Part shown: piece after piece, positions 8,949 through 19,100 of the stretch
How the letters are laid out: each line of letters opens with the position of its first letter
Position numbering within the stretch: the first letter of the stretch is position 1
Source of the DNA: a virus
Lineage: Duplodnaviria; Caudoviricetes
DNA: 34,224 nucleotides
Virus record (IMG/VR): IMGVR_UViG_3300017914_002384
Location: 1-34,224 of that record
Direction: 5' to 3' (one strand)
Notes under the pieces: model-generated
What the model was told of the DNA's origin: nothing
What the model saw: only the letters and a program-made list of their open reading frames with translations
The model's database searches: none
Made by a program: the position numbers and the translations under genes

Positions 8949-11056
8949 AGGGCGAGACGGTACAGGTGCGTCAGCTGGGGCTGATGCAGACCGACCGTCC
9001 CCAGCGTCCCGAGTCGGCCACGCTTGTGGACAACTGGCGGGTGGACCCCCGCACCAAGGGTCTGACGTCGCGCATCGGCTACGAGAAGTACCGCGTCGGG
9101 GCGAGCTCACAGTGGGCACCGTTCACCAACCTGGGCCGGGTGGACAGCCTGTTCGTCCACCAGCAATCCGCGGGCGGCGCCCGGCAGAGCATCCTGTTCG
9201 AGGCCGACGGTTCGCTGTACCTGTACTACGAGGTCGGCGGAGCCAACGAGCTCGTCAAGCTCGCCGAGCGCACCATCCCCACCGCGACGCAGTCGGCCTC
9301 GCAGTACGCCACCTTCGGCGACCGGGTCATCGTCACCAACGGCGAGGACGCACCCCTGGTCATCCGTCCCTGGCCGCTGCCCCGGGCGGCGTCCATCACC
9401 GACGCCATGCGCGCCTCGATCGTGCGGCCCCTCGGCTTCTACGGAAGGCCGGCAGCACCGCAGACGCTGAAGGTCGCCACCATCGACGCCAGCTCCGGTG
9501 GGGAGTCCACCGCGTTCTACACCGGGGCGAGCACCACCAACTGGTACCCCGCGCATCCGCTCTCCATCAACTTCCCCAGCGCCTTCGGCATGGGGCTGCA
9601 CATCGGCGGCACCGACGGAGCGACCAACGACTTCGAGTTCCGCGTCAGCTTCATCAACGACACCGGCTCCGAGAGCCCGCTCAGCCTGCCTGCCGAGGTC
9701 ACTTGGGAGATCCCGGCCGGCCACAAGGGGTACCGCTACGCGCCCACCATCCGCATCCCCATCGGCCCTCCGGGTACCCGAGCGCGCCGCATCTACGCGA
9801 CGACCAACGAGGGCTCCGAGTTCTTCTTTGTCGCCGACGTCCGCAACAACGTCGAGCAGCTGTTCCACGCCTTTCGCCGGTCGGCCAGCTTCTCGACCGC
9901 GGCGCCGTCCATCATCGACAGCGTGCCCTTCCCCGCTCCCAAGGCGCGGTGCTGCGCGGTCTACAAGGACTGCCTGTTCCTCGACGGCGGCGTCGAGCAG
10001 GGGGCGGTCCTGTTCTTCTCTCGCCCAGGGCTGATCGACCAGTACAGCGCCGCGGACTACATCACCCTGACGTCGGGCGGCGGCGCGGTCACGGGCATGT
10101 ACGCCTACTACAACAACCTCGTCGTGTTCCGCGAGAACAGCATCGACGTGCTGACCGGCGCCTACCCCAACTTCACGGTGCAGACTGTCACCAAGCAGGT
10201 CGTGTGCAGGTCCCCGTCGAGCATCGAGGCAGTTCCCGGGCTGGGGCTGGTGTTCCTGGCGCAGGACGGCGTCTACCGGCTGTCGGGGGGCCTCGACGGC
10301 GGCTCCATCCTGCAGGTCGAGAACATCGGCAACGAAGTGCAGGACGAGCTGGAGCGCATGACCAGCACCTGCACAGCGCGGGCGGTCGGTCGCTACTCCC
10401 CCACCGAGCGCGCCTACCACCTGTACCTCGCGGTGGACGGCAACGACCGCCCCAACCTGGGGCTGGTCTACGCCATCGACAAGGGTGGGTGGTCGATCCG
10501 CACTGGCTTCCCGGTCGGCTGCATCGACCGCACGTACAACGGGGAGCTCATCTTCGGCCACCACACCGGCGGCACGGGCAACGAGGCCGGGCTGTTCGTC
10601 GTGAGCTCCGCGAGGCGCATGGGGTCGGAGCTGGACGGCGACGTGTTCACCGCCAAGCCGGCCTGCACGTCGGTGTACGAGAGCGCGTGGCACGACTTCG
10701 GCGACGCCCAGGTCAAGAAGCAGCCGCAGTACGTCACCCTGTGGGCCTACACCACGGGCACGGTGTCGTTGAAGTTCAGCTTCTACAAGGACTACGAGTA
10801 CACCGCGGTCCACACCGACAAGCGGTACGTCGCGCAGAGCCCCGACCAAGCAGAGCAGCCCGTCTACGACGAGGCGACCCTCGGCACCGATGCGTGGCAG
10901 GATGCGCGGCTGGTGCCCATCCGGGTGGCCTGCGCGATGCAGTCGTGCTCCTGGTTCAAGTTCCGGCTCGAAACCAGCGATGACGTCCTGTTCGTAGGCT
11001 ACGAGGTAGAGTACAAGGCACGCGGTACGCAGGTCATCGCAGGGAGGCTTGGGTGA
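8945..11056 (+). CDS. Tail nozzle / tail tubular protein B-like (P22 gp10-like beta-propeller)
   Basis: 703 aa, beta-rich, with motifs LFFS.PG, LVVFRENSI, LVFLAQDGVY and a C-terminal YESAWHDFG...KK. ATGA coupling. Confidence 0.7.
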   Translation: MKGETVQVRQLGLMQTDRPQRPESATLVDNWRVDPRTKGLTSRIGYEKYRVGASSQWAPFTNLGRVDSLFVHQQSAGGARQSILFEADGSLYLYYEVGGANELVKLAERTIPTATQSASQYATFGDRVIVTNGEDAPLVIRPWPLPRAASITDAMRASIVRPLGFYGRPAAPQTLKVATIDASSGGESTAFYTGASTTNWYPAHPLSINFPSAFGMGLHIGGTDGATNDFEFRVSFINDTGSESPLSLPAEVTWEIPAGHKGYRYAPTIRIPIGPPGTRARRIYATTNEGSEFFFVADVRNNVEQLFHAFRRSASFSTAAPSIIDSVPFPAPKARCCAVYKDCLFLDGGVEQGAVLFFSRPGLIDQYSAADYITLTSGGGAVTGMYAYYNNLVVFRENSIDVLTGAYPNFTVQTVTKQVVCRSPSSIEAVPGLGLVFLAQDGVYRLSGGLDGGSILQVENIGNEVQDELERMTSTCTARAVGRYSPTERAYHLYLAVDGNDRPNLGLVYAIDKGGWSIRTGFPVGCIDRTYNGELIFGHHTGGTGNEAGLFVVSSARRMGSELDGDVFTAKPACTSVYESAWHDFGDAQVKKQPQYVTLWAYTTGTVSLKFSFYKDYEYTAVHTDKRYVAQSPDQAEQPVYDEATLGTDAWQDARLVPIRVACAMQSCSWFKFRLETSDDVLFVGYEVEYKARGTQVIAGRLG

Positions 11057-11757
11057 AGGAGTGGACGCGCCATGAGGCCCGGTCGAAGCAGACGACCGAG
11101 GCGCAGGGGTTCAACGACCAGCACCGGTCGTTCCGCTCGCAGATCGCCGGCCTCGACCGTGCGCAGTACCCGCAGGACTGCCTGACCGACGCGATGATTA
11201 AGACCAACGCCATGCACAAGGTGTGGGTCTTTGCCCCGTGGAACACCGGCGTCACTGGCGCCCGAGGGGAGCAGACCGTCATCCGAGCGGACACCAGCGT
11301 CACCAAGGCCGAGCAGTTCCGCGGCGTCACCTACCAGGAGTTCGGGAGCGGGTGGCTGACGGCGTTTGAGACGACCCTTGACGGGCACAAGGGGGGCAGC
11401 CTGCTGGTGGAGTGGGGCGGCAACGTCGCCATCCAGGGGTTCTACGCATGGACGAAGAACACCAACTACGCGACGTCCGCGAGCACCGAGGGTGTGCCCA
11501 ACGAGCAGTTCATGGGGCTGCGCATCCTGCTCAACGGTAACGTCATCGCCGACCGCATCGGTCCAGCCAAGCCCCAGGACAGCTTTGTCATCACCGGTGA
11601 GCAGCAGGTACCGTCGGGCGACGTCGTGTTGACGTGCCAGTTCCAGCCCCGAGCTGCAGGGCCGGACGACCCGGTCGAGGACTCCGCTACCAACGACCAC
11701 CTGTTGCAGGCCCACATGTGGGGCAACCGGGTCTTCTGCATCGGGAGGTGGCGATGA
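11053..11757 (+). CDS. Putative virion/tail structural protein
   Basis: 234 aa, GTG start overlapping the previous stop, GGGAGG RBS, beta-rich composition. Confidence 0.65.
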   Translation: MKEWTRHEARSKQTTEAQGFNDQHRSFRSQIAGLDRAQYPQDCLTDAMIKTNAMHKVWVFAPWNTGVTGARGEQTVIRADTSVTKAEQFRGVTYQEFGSGWLTAFETTLDGHKGGSLLVEWGGNVAIQGFYAWTKNTNYATSASTEGVPNEQFMGLRILLNGNVIADRIGPAKPQDSFVITGEQQVPSGDVVLTCQFQPRAAGPDDPVEDSATNDHLLQAHMWGNRVFCIGRWR

Positions 11758-12650
11758 GCCGCATCGACCGTTCCCGCGTCGTCGCCGGCGACAGCATCGA
11801 CGCGACGGAGCTCAACGACACCTACGACGACTACACGCAGACCGCGGCCCTCGACGGGGACAACACCCGCGAGCAGGCGTTCGACCTGCCGCACTTCACC
11901 AACGTCAGCATCGTCAAGGACACCGGCACCGCGCTGCTGGGCAACGTCGGCCTGTCGCACACCGGGACGACCACGTCGGTCGCCAGCTCGACCTCGACCC
12001 CGGTGCTGCACCCCGTGCAGAACAACGCGGGCACCGAGACGTTCCTCGACTTCTCCTCCGACCCGTGGGTCATCGAGAACACCGATGTGCTGCGGGTGTG
12101 GTGGAACCTGTCGGTGCTGACGGAGTACACCGGCTCGCCCTGGGACGGGCTGCTCGCCAGGGGGCGCTACACCATCCCCAACACCACCGGCGGCACGCAG
12201 GTGCTGACCGACGGGATGCACTGTTGGCTCGCCTACCTGGAGTGGGACATCACCAGCGCCGCGCTGACCAACTTCGAGCCCGTGACCGATCAGTCGGCGC
12301 CCACCAACACCATCGACGGCAACACCGGGCAGTTCGTCTCGGACATGAACGCTTCGAGCATCATCAGCCCGTGGATGGTTCACAGCTTCGCCTTTGCCAC
12401 CGAGGGCAAGATGGGCAACGCGGGCAGCGGAATCAGCCACGGCTGGCATGCTGCCCAGGGCATGTGGTGCAACGCCCCTGCGACGCAGACGACGGTGTAC
12501 GCCATCCGGCTGGTCATCACCGGGCTGCTCCACCCCGCTCATGAATCCACCGGCAACAACCGCAACGCCCTAATCTACGACTACAACGTCGCCGCTACCT
12601 TGAAGTACCTGGGCGGTCGGCTCTCCGCGCTGCAGATGACCAAGGGCTGA
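11754..12650 (+). CDS. Putative tail structural protein (298 aa)
   Basis: ATGA overlap start (MSRIDRSRVVAGDSIDATELN, a pattern common at tail-fibre N-termini). Thr/Ser/Gly/Asn-rich. Confidence 0.65.
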   Translation: MSRIDRSRVVAGDSIDATELNDTYDDYTQTAALDGDNTREQAFDLPHFTNVSIVKDTGTALLGNVGLSHTGTTTSVASSTSTPVLHPVQNNAGTETFLDFSSDPWVIENTDVLRVWWNLSVLTEYTGSPWDGLLARGRYTIPNTTGGTQVLTDGMHCWLAYLEWDITSAALTNFEPVTDQSAPTNTIDGNTGQFVSDMNASSIISPWMVHSFAFATEGKMGNAGSGISHGWHAAQGMWCNAPATQTTVYAIRLVITGLLHPAHESTGNNRNALIYDYNVAATLKYLGGRLSALQMTKG

Positions 12651-12652
12651 CC

Positions 12653-13369
12653 ATGTCGTACTCGCCACCCAACAACTTCGCCAACGGCACGCCGCTCACC
12701 GCCAGTGCGGTCAAGGGCAACGACGACGCCTTGGTGCTGTACCTGCATGAGGGCGTGGACGCCGGCGACCTGAAAGCCACGGCGTGGGTCGATACCCAGC
12801 ACATCCAGGCGCCGCAGAACGAGCCGCTGACGGGCGTGCAGCACGGCATCACCGGCTACCAGGGCTCACAGTGGGATGGGGGTCGGCTGGTCCGTTGCCA
12901 GTTTGGGACCGCGTTCCTGACGGCGAAGCGGTACGGGGCATCGACTGCAAATTGGGAGGTCGTGCCGCAGACGACCTTCGGGCTGGACCTCCGCAAGCAG
13001 GCCACCGTGGTGTTCCATTGGTGGATGGAGAGCATGAACGGGCCCGACGACGGCGAGCGGAGCCAGGGGGCTGATGCCTACATGTGGGTGACGGAGTACA
13101 GGAGCGGCGGTCTGCTGTCGGGCACCAACGTGAAATCCGTGACGAACACCCACGCCATGGAGGTCATCAACAACTACCCCGGCTGGCAGGCCGACAACCC
13201 GCCTGCGGGTGCGCGCTACCCCTACTCCATCCTGGGCTACGGGAACATGGCGGGCACCAAGGTTTTCGGCGCCACCGACTATCTGGCCGTGGGCCTCGCA
13301 CACCTGTCCACCATTGACCGGTCTGCTATCGTCAACTGGGGTGTGAGCCTCGAAGTGTACTACTTGTAG
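12653..13369 (+). CDS. Putative tail structural protein
   Basis: 238 aa. N-terminal MSYSPPNNFANGTPLTASAV..N..AL resembles tail-fibre attachment segments. Confidence 0.65.
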   Translation: MSYSPPNNFANGTPLTASAVKGNDDALVLYLHEGVDAGDLKATAWVDTQHIQAPQNEPLTGVQHGITGYQGSQWDGGRLVRCQFGTAFLTAKRYGASTANWEVVPQTTFGLDLRKQATVVFHWWMESMNGPDDGERSQGADAYMWVTEYRSGGLLSGTNVKSVTNTHAMEVINNYPGWQADNPPAGARYPYSILGYGNMAGTKVFGATDYLAVGLAHLSTIDRSAIVNWGVSLEVYYL

Positions 13370-13378
13370 GGAGCCACG

Positions 13379-14185
13379 ATGCCTCTGCCTCTTGTCGCCA
13401 TCCCCCTCGCCGCAGCCGGCACGCAGCTGGTCAAGGGCATCGCGCAGTTTGCGGGCGACCGCGCTCAGGCTGCGGGCATGATGCCCGACGAGTACAAGCG
13501 TCAGCTCGAAGACCTCAACCGCCGACGGGCTGCTGGTCAGATGGGGTTGCTGGAGTCCGAGCGGTCCCAGCTGGAACAGGAGGCGCAGATGCGCCGCGGC
13601 GCCGTTATGGCGGATGCGCAGCAGCGACAGCTCCAGGCTGCGCAGATGGCGTCGGGCCAGCGGGCAGGCACGGGTCGCGACCTGTTCCTCGCGGAGCTGG
13701 GCACGCAGCAGATGCAGGCGCAGATGCAGGAACAGCAGGCCCGCGAGATCGCACAGATCGACCGCGCTGAGCGCATCAAGAACGAGCAGCTGGCGATGGA
13801 GCTAGCGCAGCGTCAGGCCAGCGCGGAAGCTGCACGGCGCCAAGCGGGCGCACGGCTGGTGGGCAACATTGTCGGCGCCGGCGCACAGGCAGGGCTGGGC
13901 ATCGCAGGGGTGCAGGCGTTCCAGAACGCCGAGCAGGCGCTGCTCGCCGCAACCGCAGGCAGCGAGGCCGCGCGCACCGCACAGCGTCAGCTTGCCGGCG
14001 CACAGGCAGCGATGGGCATGGCTGCGGCGCTGGGCGGCACGCCGATGCCGGTGCCCATGACCACCGCGCAGCCCCAGGCTGTGCCCGCTGGCGACACCCG
14101 TAGCTTGGCGGAGCTCGAAGCGTTCGAGCAGCAGGAGCGGGCACGACGCGCAGCTACGGTTCCCCCCTACTACGGTACGATGTGA
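13379..14185 (+). CDS. Putative internal virion/ejection protein (small)
   Basis: 268 aa, Gln/Ala-rich and helical, with a hydrophobic N-terminus and a Gly/Ala-rich segment. First of three increasingly large genes after the tail module. Confidence 0.6.
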   Translation: MPLPLVAIPLAAAGTQLVKGIAQFAGDRAQAAGMMPDEYKRQLEDLNRRRAAGQMGLLESERSQLEQEAQMRRGAVMADAQQRQLQAAQMASGQRAGTGRDLFLAELGTQQMQAQMQEQQAREIAQIDRAERIKNEQLAMELAQRQASAEAARRQAGARLVGNIVGAGAQAGLGIAGVQAFQNAEQALLAATAGSEAARTAQRQLAGAQAAMGMAAALGGTPMPVPMTTAQPQAVPAGDTRSLAELEAFEQQERARRAATVPPYYGTM

Positions 14186-16173
14186 TGCCTCTGCCACAGC
14201 CCATCTACCCGTCGTTCCGCCCGCTGCAGTTCGCGGACAACGACACGACCATCAACCGCGCGCTCGAAATCTACGCGAAGTACAACCCCGCGGCGATGCA
14301 GCAGCGGCTGTACCAGACCATGTTGGAGGACGAGCAGTTCCAGCGGTCCGAGGCGCAGAAGCGCATCGCCATGCTGGAGCAGGAGCGGGCACGCCAGCTC
14401 CAGAACCTGTCGCGCTTCCGCGAGACGGGCCTCGGCCCCTCCGGTCGTGCAGGCGGTGCTGGGGGCACGCGGCGTGCAGCAGGCCGGGGCGGGGCTGCCG
14501 GTGTCCGAGGCGATCTGGCTGAGCTCGCGGGCGTCGAGGTCCGACGCAACATCGCGAGCAGCGAGAACACCACCGAGGCCATGCAGGCTGTCGACCGCCA
14601 GTACCTGCAGCTACCCGGCGGGTACGGGCAGTTCCTGCGCGAGTTCGAGGCGCAGGTCGTAGACAAGGCGCGACGAGGCGGCGGAACAGTCCCAACGGCA
14701 TCGGTCGTGGAGTTCCTGACCGAGGGAGCGTCTGCCGACAACCTGCGCAGGTTGTCGGAGGGCGTGCAGCCAGATCCGGTGCGGAACAGGGTGCTGGCCT
14801 CACAGCTGTACGGGCGGCTGCTTGCCAACTTCCCCAGCTTCTTTCGGAAGGACGCGAGCGGTAAGGTCAACCAGCAGGGACTGCAGCTCGCCTTCACCAT
14901 CGACCGGGCGGTCGGGTCGGAGGGCTTCCTGTTGCAGTCGCTGCTCGCCGACAAGAGCCCGTTCCTCCGACTCGATGAGGAGCGCCAAGCCAAGTACGCG
15001 GGCATCGAGGGCATCGGGCCGGACTTCTTCGAGAGGACTGCACGGAAGCTCGTCCTCGACGCGGATGGCGACGGGACGGTGACGCCCGAGGAGCAGTCGC
15101 GGTTCGATGAGGAGATGGAACGGCGCAAGGCGCTGGGAATCTCCGAGCCCCTGAGCGTGGAGGAGCAGGCGTTCCTGGGCCGGTACGTTGACGCCCTGCG
15201 GGACGACGGCGTGGCGACGCGAGAGGAGCTGGGCGACGACTACGACCAAGCCCTCGCCGCCTACCAGAAGGGGGCGCTCGCCGAGAGGCTTCCACGTGGA
15301 ACGTCCGCGTTCTACGACGAGGGCTACCTCCGCAGCCTGGGTCGGCTGTCCGAGATCGACACCGAGCTGGGCGAGCTCTCAGGGCGCCTGGAAGGCTCGC
15401 CAGCGGCTCGCGCAGCCCAGCGCACCCTGGGGCTCCCGCGCGTCCCCCAGGAGGCTTTGGAGGCGGCTGCGGCTGTCAATCCCATGGCGGCAGAGGTACT
15501 GCCCTACGCGCTAAAGCGGGTGAGCGATGGGGCAGGGCAGATCGTGCCGCAGAGCCGGCCCGAGCGGTTCGCGCAGGACTTCATCGAAGCCACCCAGGGC
15601 CCGCGGGACTTCAACGCCATCGTCCGTGCGGTGAACAAGCGGTACCCCAACGACCCCGTCGCCCGACGCGACGCCCTCGCCTACTACGGTGCCTACCACT
15701 ACGACGCCGACACCAAGCGCACGACGCTGAGCACCGGCATGCAGGCCCTCGACTTCGACCAAGTGGCCGACGAGGCCGCGGCGTTCCAAGATGAGGTTGC
15801 GGGCGAGCGGGCTGCGGTCACGCAGGCGTTGCCAGAAGCCCCGCAGCTCGCCGCGCCGCCCGACATGACGGGGCTGACCACCGCGTCTGCATTCCCAACG
15901 ACGCCGCCGGTCACCTACGACCCGTATGTCCCGACTCCGCTTCCCGACGCTCCCCTCGCTGGGGCTGCCGCTACGCTGTCGCCAGGGGTGGCAGTCAACG
16001 TGCCCTTCACCGATGCGGCGACGCAGGCAGCCCTGCAACAGCGGGCAGCTCAGGCAACGGGCTTCGGCGCGGTGCCCCCGTACCTCCAGCTGCCGCAAGA
16101 CCAGCGGCTGCCGCCTGCGTTCGACGCTGACGCAATGTTCCGGCAGGCGCTGTTTGAACGGGGCGTCTACTAA
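14185..16173 (+). CDS. Putative internal virion/ejection protein (medium) with an EF-hand-like loop
   Basis: About 662 aa (TGATG start at 14185, or GTG at 14182). Helical, contains DADGDGTVTPEE, Pro/Ala-rich C-terminus. Confidence 0.6.
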   Translation: MPLPQPIYPSFRPLQFADNDTTINRALEIYAKYNPAAMQQRLYQTMLEDEQFQRSEAQKRIAMLEQERARQLQNLSRFRETGLGPSGRAGGAGGTRRAAGRGGAAGVRGDLAELAGVEVRRNIASSENTTEAMQAVDRQYLQLPGGYGQFLREFEAQVVDKARRGGGTVPTASVVEFLTEGASADNLRRLSEGVQPDPVRNRVLASQLYGRLLANFPSFFRKDASGKVNQQGLQLAFTIDRAVGSEGFLLQSLLADKSPFLRLDEERQAKYAGIEGIGPDFFERTARKLVLDADGDGTVTPEEQSRFDEEMERRKALGISEPLSVEEQAFLGRYVDALRDDGVATREELGDDYDQALAAYQKGALAERLPRGTSAFYDEGYLRSLGRLSEIDTELGELSGRLEGSPAARAAQRTLGLPRVPQEALEAAAAVNPMAAEVLPYALKRVSDGAGQIVPQSRPERFAQDFIEATQGPRDFNAIVRAVNKRYPNDPVARRDALAYYGAYHYDADTKRTTLSTGMQALDFDQVADEAAAFQDEVAGERAAVTQALPEAPQLAAPPDMTGLTTASAFPTTPPVTYDPYVPTPLPDAPLAGAAATLSPGVAVNVPFTDAATQAALQQRAAQATGFGAVPPYLQLPQDQRLPPAFDADAMFRQALFERGVY

Positions 16174-16182
16174 CGGTAGGGT
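16154..16182 (+). promoter_or_regulatory. Sigma70-like promoter immediately upstream of the giant gene
   Basis: TTGAAC (16154-16159), 17-nt spacer, TAGGGT (16177-16182). The ATG follows after only 5 nt. Confidence 0.6.
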
Positions 16183-16187
16183 GACGC

Positions 16188-19100
16188 ATGACTCCCGCAG
16201 AATACCTGGAGCTCGCTGAACAAGCCGAGGCCGCGGGCAACGGTTTGGCGGCGCAGTACATGCGCGATAAGGCAGCCCAGGCTGCGTCGCAGCCGGTGGG
16301 CGGCAGAGTCCCTGCTGCTGCTCCCGACCAGCCGCCTGCTGGTCCCCGTGCCGATGACTCTCCCTTCGTCGGCATGACGACGAGCCAGATCGATGAGGCT
16401 CGACAAGCGGCGCAGCCACCCCTTCCCACGCCCCCTGCTCAGCCCGTTTCCGTGTCCTTGGGCGAAGCTGAGCAGGGGGCGCCCTCTATGCTCCGCATGG
16501 AGGACCCGCCGCAGATCGCGGACACGCCCAGCGCCTCGCGCGCCTACGTCACCCCGAAGGTCATCTACGATGACGCGCCGCCCATCATGGGTCGGCAGCG
16601 TGACGTCGCCGACGAGCAGCGCCGGCTGGTCGAAGAGCTCGATGAGACGCAGCGCGCCATCACCGACATGCTGGTGCTGGAGGAGGGCTACGGCCTCGCT
16701 GCCGCGAAGCGCATCGCTGCCGACCGTGTGAACCGCATCCGCCGCATGCGGATGGACCCCGAGGGGCAGGCCACCACCACCGGTGAGGGTGGCTTCCTCG
16801 ACTTCCTGCCGATGTTCCGCGAGACGCGCGAGCGTGTCGTCGCCCGTCCGTCGCCAGAGGACCCAGCGGTCACGGAGTACGTGACCATGTTGCGGGATCC
16901 GACGACGGGTCAGCTCCGCGAAATGACGCCGACCGACGCGGTTGTCGAAGCGTTCGCGCGGCGCCGCATCCTCGACCCCGCCATGGCCGAGGAGTCCCGC
17001 GCGGTGCGGCGGGTCGAGCGCACCGAGGCAGCCAGGGCTGCGGGCAGCATGCTCTACCGTCCCGAGTACGAGCAGCAGTTCCAGCGGGAGATTGTCGAGG
17101 AGACGGACCCGACCTTCTCCCAGGTGCTGACCGCAGTAGACCCCGAGACGGGCGCCGTCATCGAGACGCCCCTCGGCGCCACCATGCGGGCCATCCCTGC
17201 CATCGTGTCCACCACGTTGAACACGGCGGTGATGGACCTGCTGCCCCTCACCTTCGAGGAGGACCCTGAGACGGGCGAGCCCCTGGACCCCACCGACGCA
17301 GCCTACCGAGCGCACAAGCTGTTGAAGGACGGGCTGGTGTTCGCGGGCAAGACCGAGGAGGAGGCGCGCGACATTCTCACGGGCACCATCGGCGGTGCCA
17401 ACTACCGTCCGTCGGGTACTGCCGTCGATGCGTTCGCCGGCATCCCTGTGCCCTTCCAGCCCGTGCAGCGTCAGCAGCCCTCGCACTTCGACCCCGAGGG
17501 GCGGCGGGTCGCGTCGGCCAGCGGCAACTTCCTCATGGACGTGGCAACGAACCTCGCCCGGGGACGGTCGGCTGGCGACGAGCTGTACAGCTTCCCCGGT
17601 TTCCGCGAGGAGTTTCAAGAGACTGCCCAGGGCATGTACCTCGCCAACCCGGAGTACGACGCCGTCAGGACCGATGGCGACGCGCAGCTCATGACCTACT
17701 CCGTCGCGACCGCGCCCTACTGGATGGGTGTGGCGGGCGAAATGGTGTACGGGCTGGGGCCGCTCGCGCTGTTCAAGGGCACCGGGCGCATCGCCGCACA
17801 GACGGTCCGAGCCGGCGGACGGGCAGCACGCACCAGGGCTGGACTGGCTGCGGAGCGCGCAGCAGCAGACGCGGCGACCCTGGCACGGGTAGACCCTGGT
17901 GCAGCGGTCGTTGCGATGGGCAAGGAGGCCGCGGCCCGAGGGGTCGAGAAGGCAGCCCGAGGGGTCGAGAAGGCAGCCACCGTTGCGCTCAACCCGGTCG
18001 AGTCTGCCAAGCGTGCGCAGACCATCCGCGCTGCGCAAGACCTCGCGGAGGGCAAGGTCGGCGACGAGTTCGACATTCTCATGGACCGGCACAGCGTGCG
18101 GCGGGTCACGGGCGAGAAGGTCGCCGAGGAAATCATCACGCCCTACATCATCCAGGGCAAGCTGAACACCGGGCAGCTGGTCGATGCCGGGGACCTCCGA
18201 CAGCTGGCCGGTTCGAGCAACAGCGCCAAGCTGCTGTTGAAGCGGGCGGGCATCGACCGGCTGACGGACAACACCACCCTCGACTCGAAGCACATGCGCG
18301 ACCTCCGCAACGCCGTGCATGAGTGGACCGCGTCTGCCTACGGTGCGCAGCTGCGCGCCATCGTAGACAACGACCGGCTGAGCGAGATTCAGCAGGCCCG
18401 GCAGATCCTCGCGTTGACCGACGAGCTGGGCATCCCGCGCAAGATTACCGATGAGCTGTGGGAGCTCGACGGGATCTCGAAGGGCAACCAAGTGTCGTGG
18501 GGACGCAGCACGGATGAGCTGGTCGATGCGCTGCTGCGCAAGACTGGCGAGGGTGCGCTGCCTGCCCGCCCGACGAGCCCTGTGCTGCAGAGCATCCATG
18601 AGCTGGGCACGCAGATCGCAAAGGCGGGTACCAGCACCAAGCCGAGCAAGCTGCGGGGGCCGCTCGCCCGTCAGCTGAGCCGGCGCCTGGGCCGCTTGGA
18701 CCTCGCCCGGTTCGAGCTCGACATGCTGACCGACGAGGTCGCAGCAGCAGCCCGAGGGGCAGCTGGTCGCGCAGTCGAGGCGACCCTGGAGAACGTCATC
18801 CCCGACGACCTTGTCTTCGCGACGCGGTCGTTGATGGTGCCCCGCCGACTGCTCACCCGTGACGTGTACGACGAGGTCAAGGACACCGTGCTGTCCATGC
18901 CGGTGACGCCTGTGGCTGGGCCCGTCGTGGACGGGATGCCCACCGCATCGTTCCGGTACGAGCGGCCCGCCGAGACGGTAGACGCCCTCCGCACAGCTCT
19001 CGGTGACTCTGCCATCGCGCGGTCAAAGGTGCTCACCGATGGCATCGACCGCATCAAGGCCGGCAAGCCGGTCACCGCGCAGCAGTACGACCTGTTCACC

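Noticed and set aside
15058-15075. DADGD as the DxDGD catalytic motif of a virion RNA polymerase
   Set aside because: Context fits an EF-hand loop better. No other two-barrel RNAP motifs were recognised in this protein or the 2135-aa protein.
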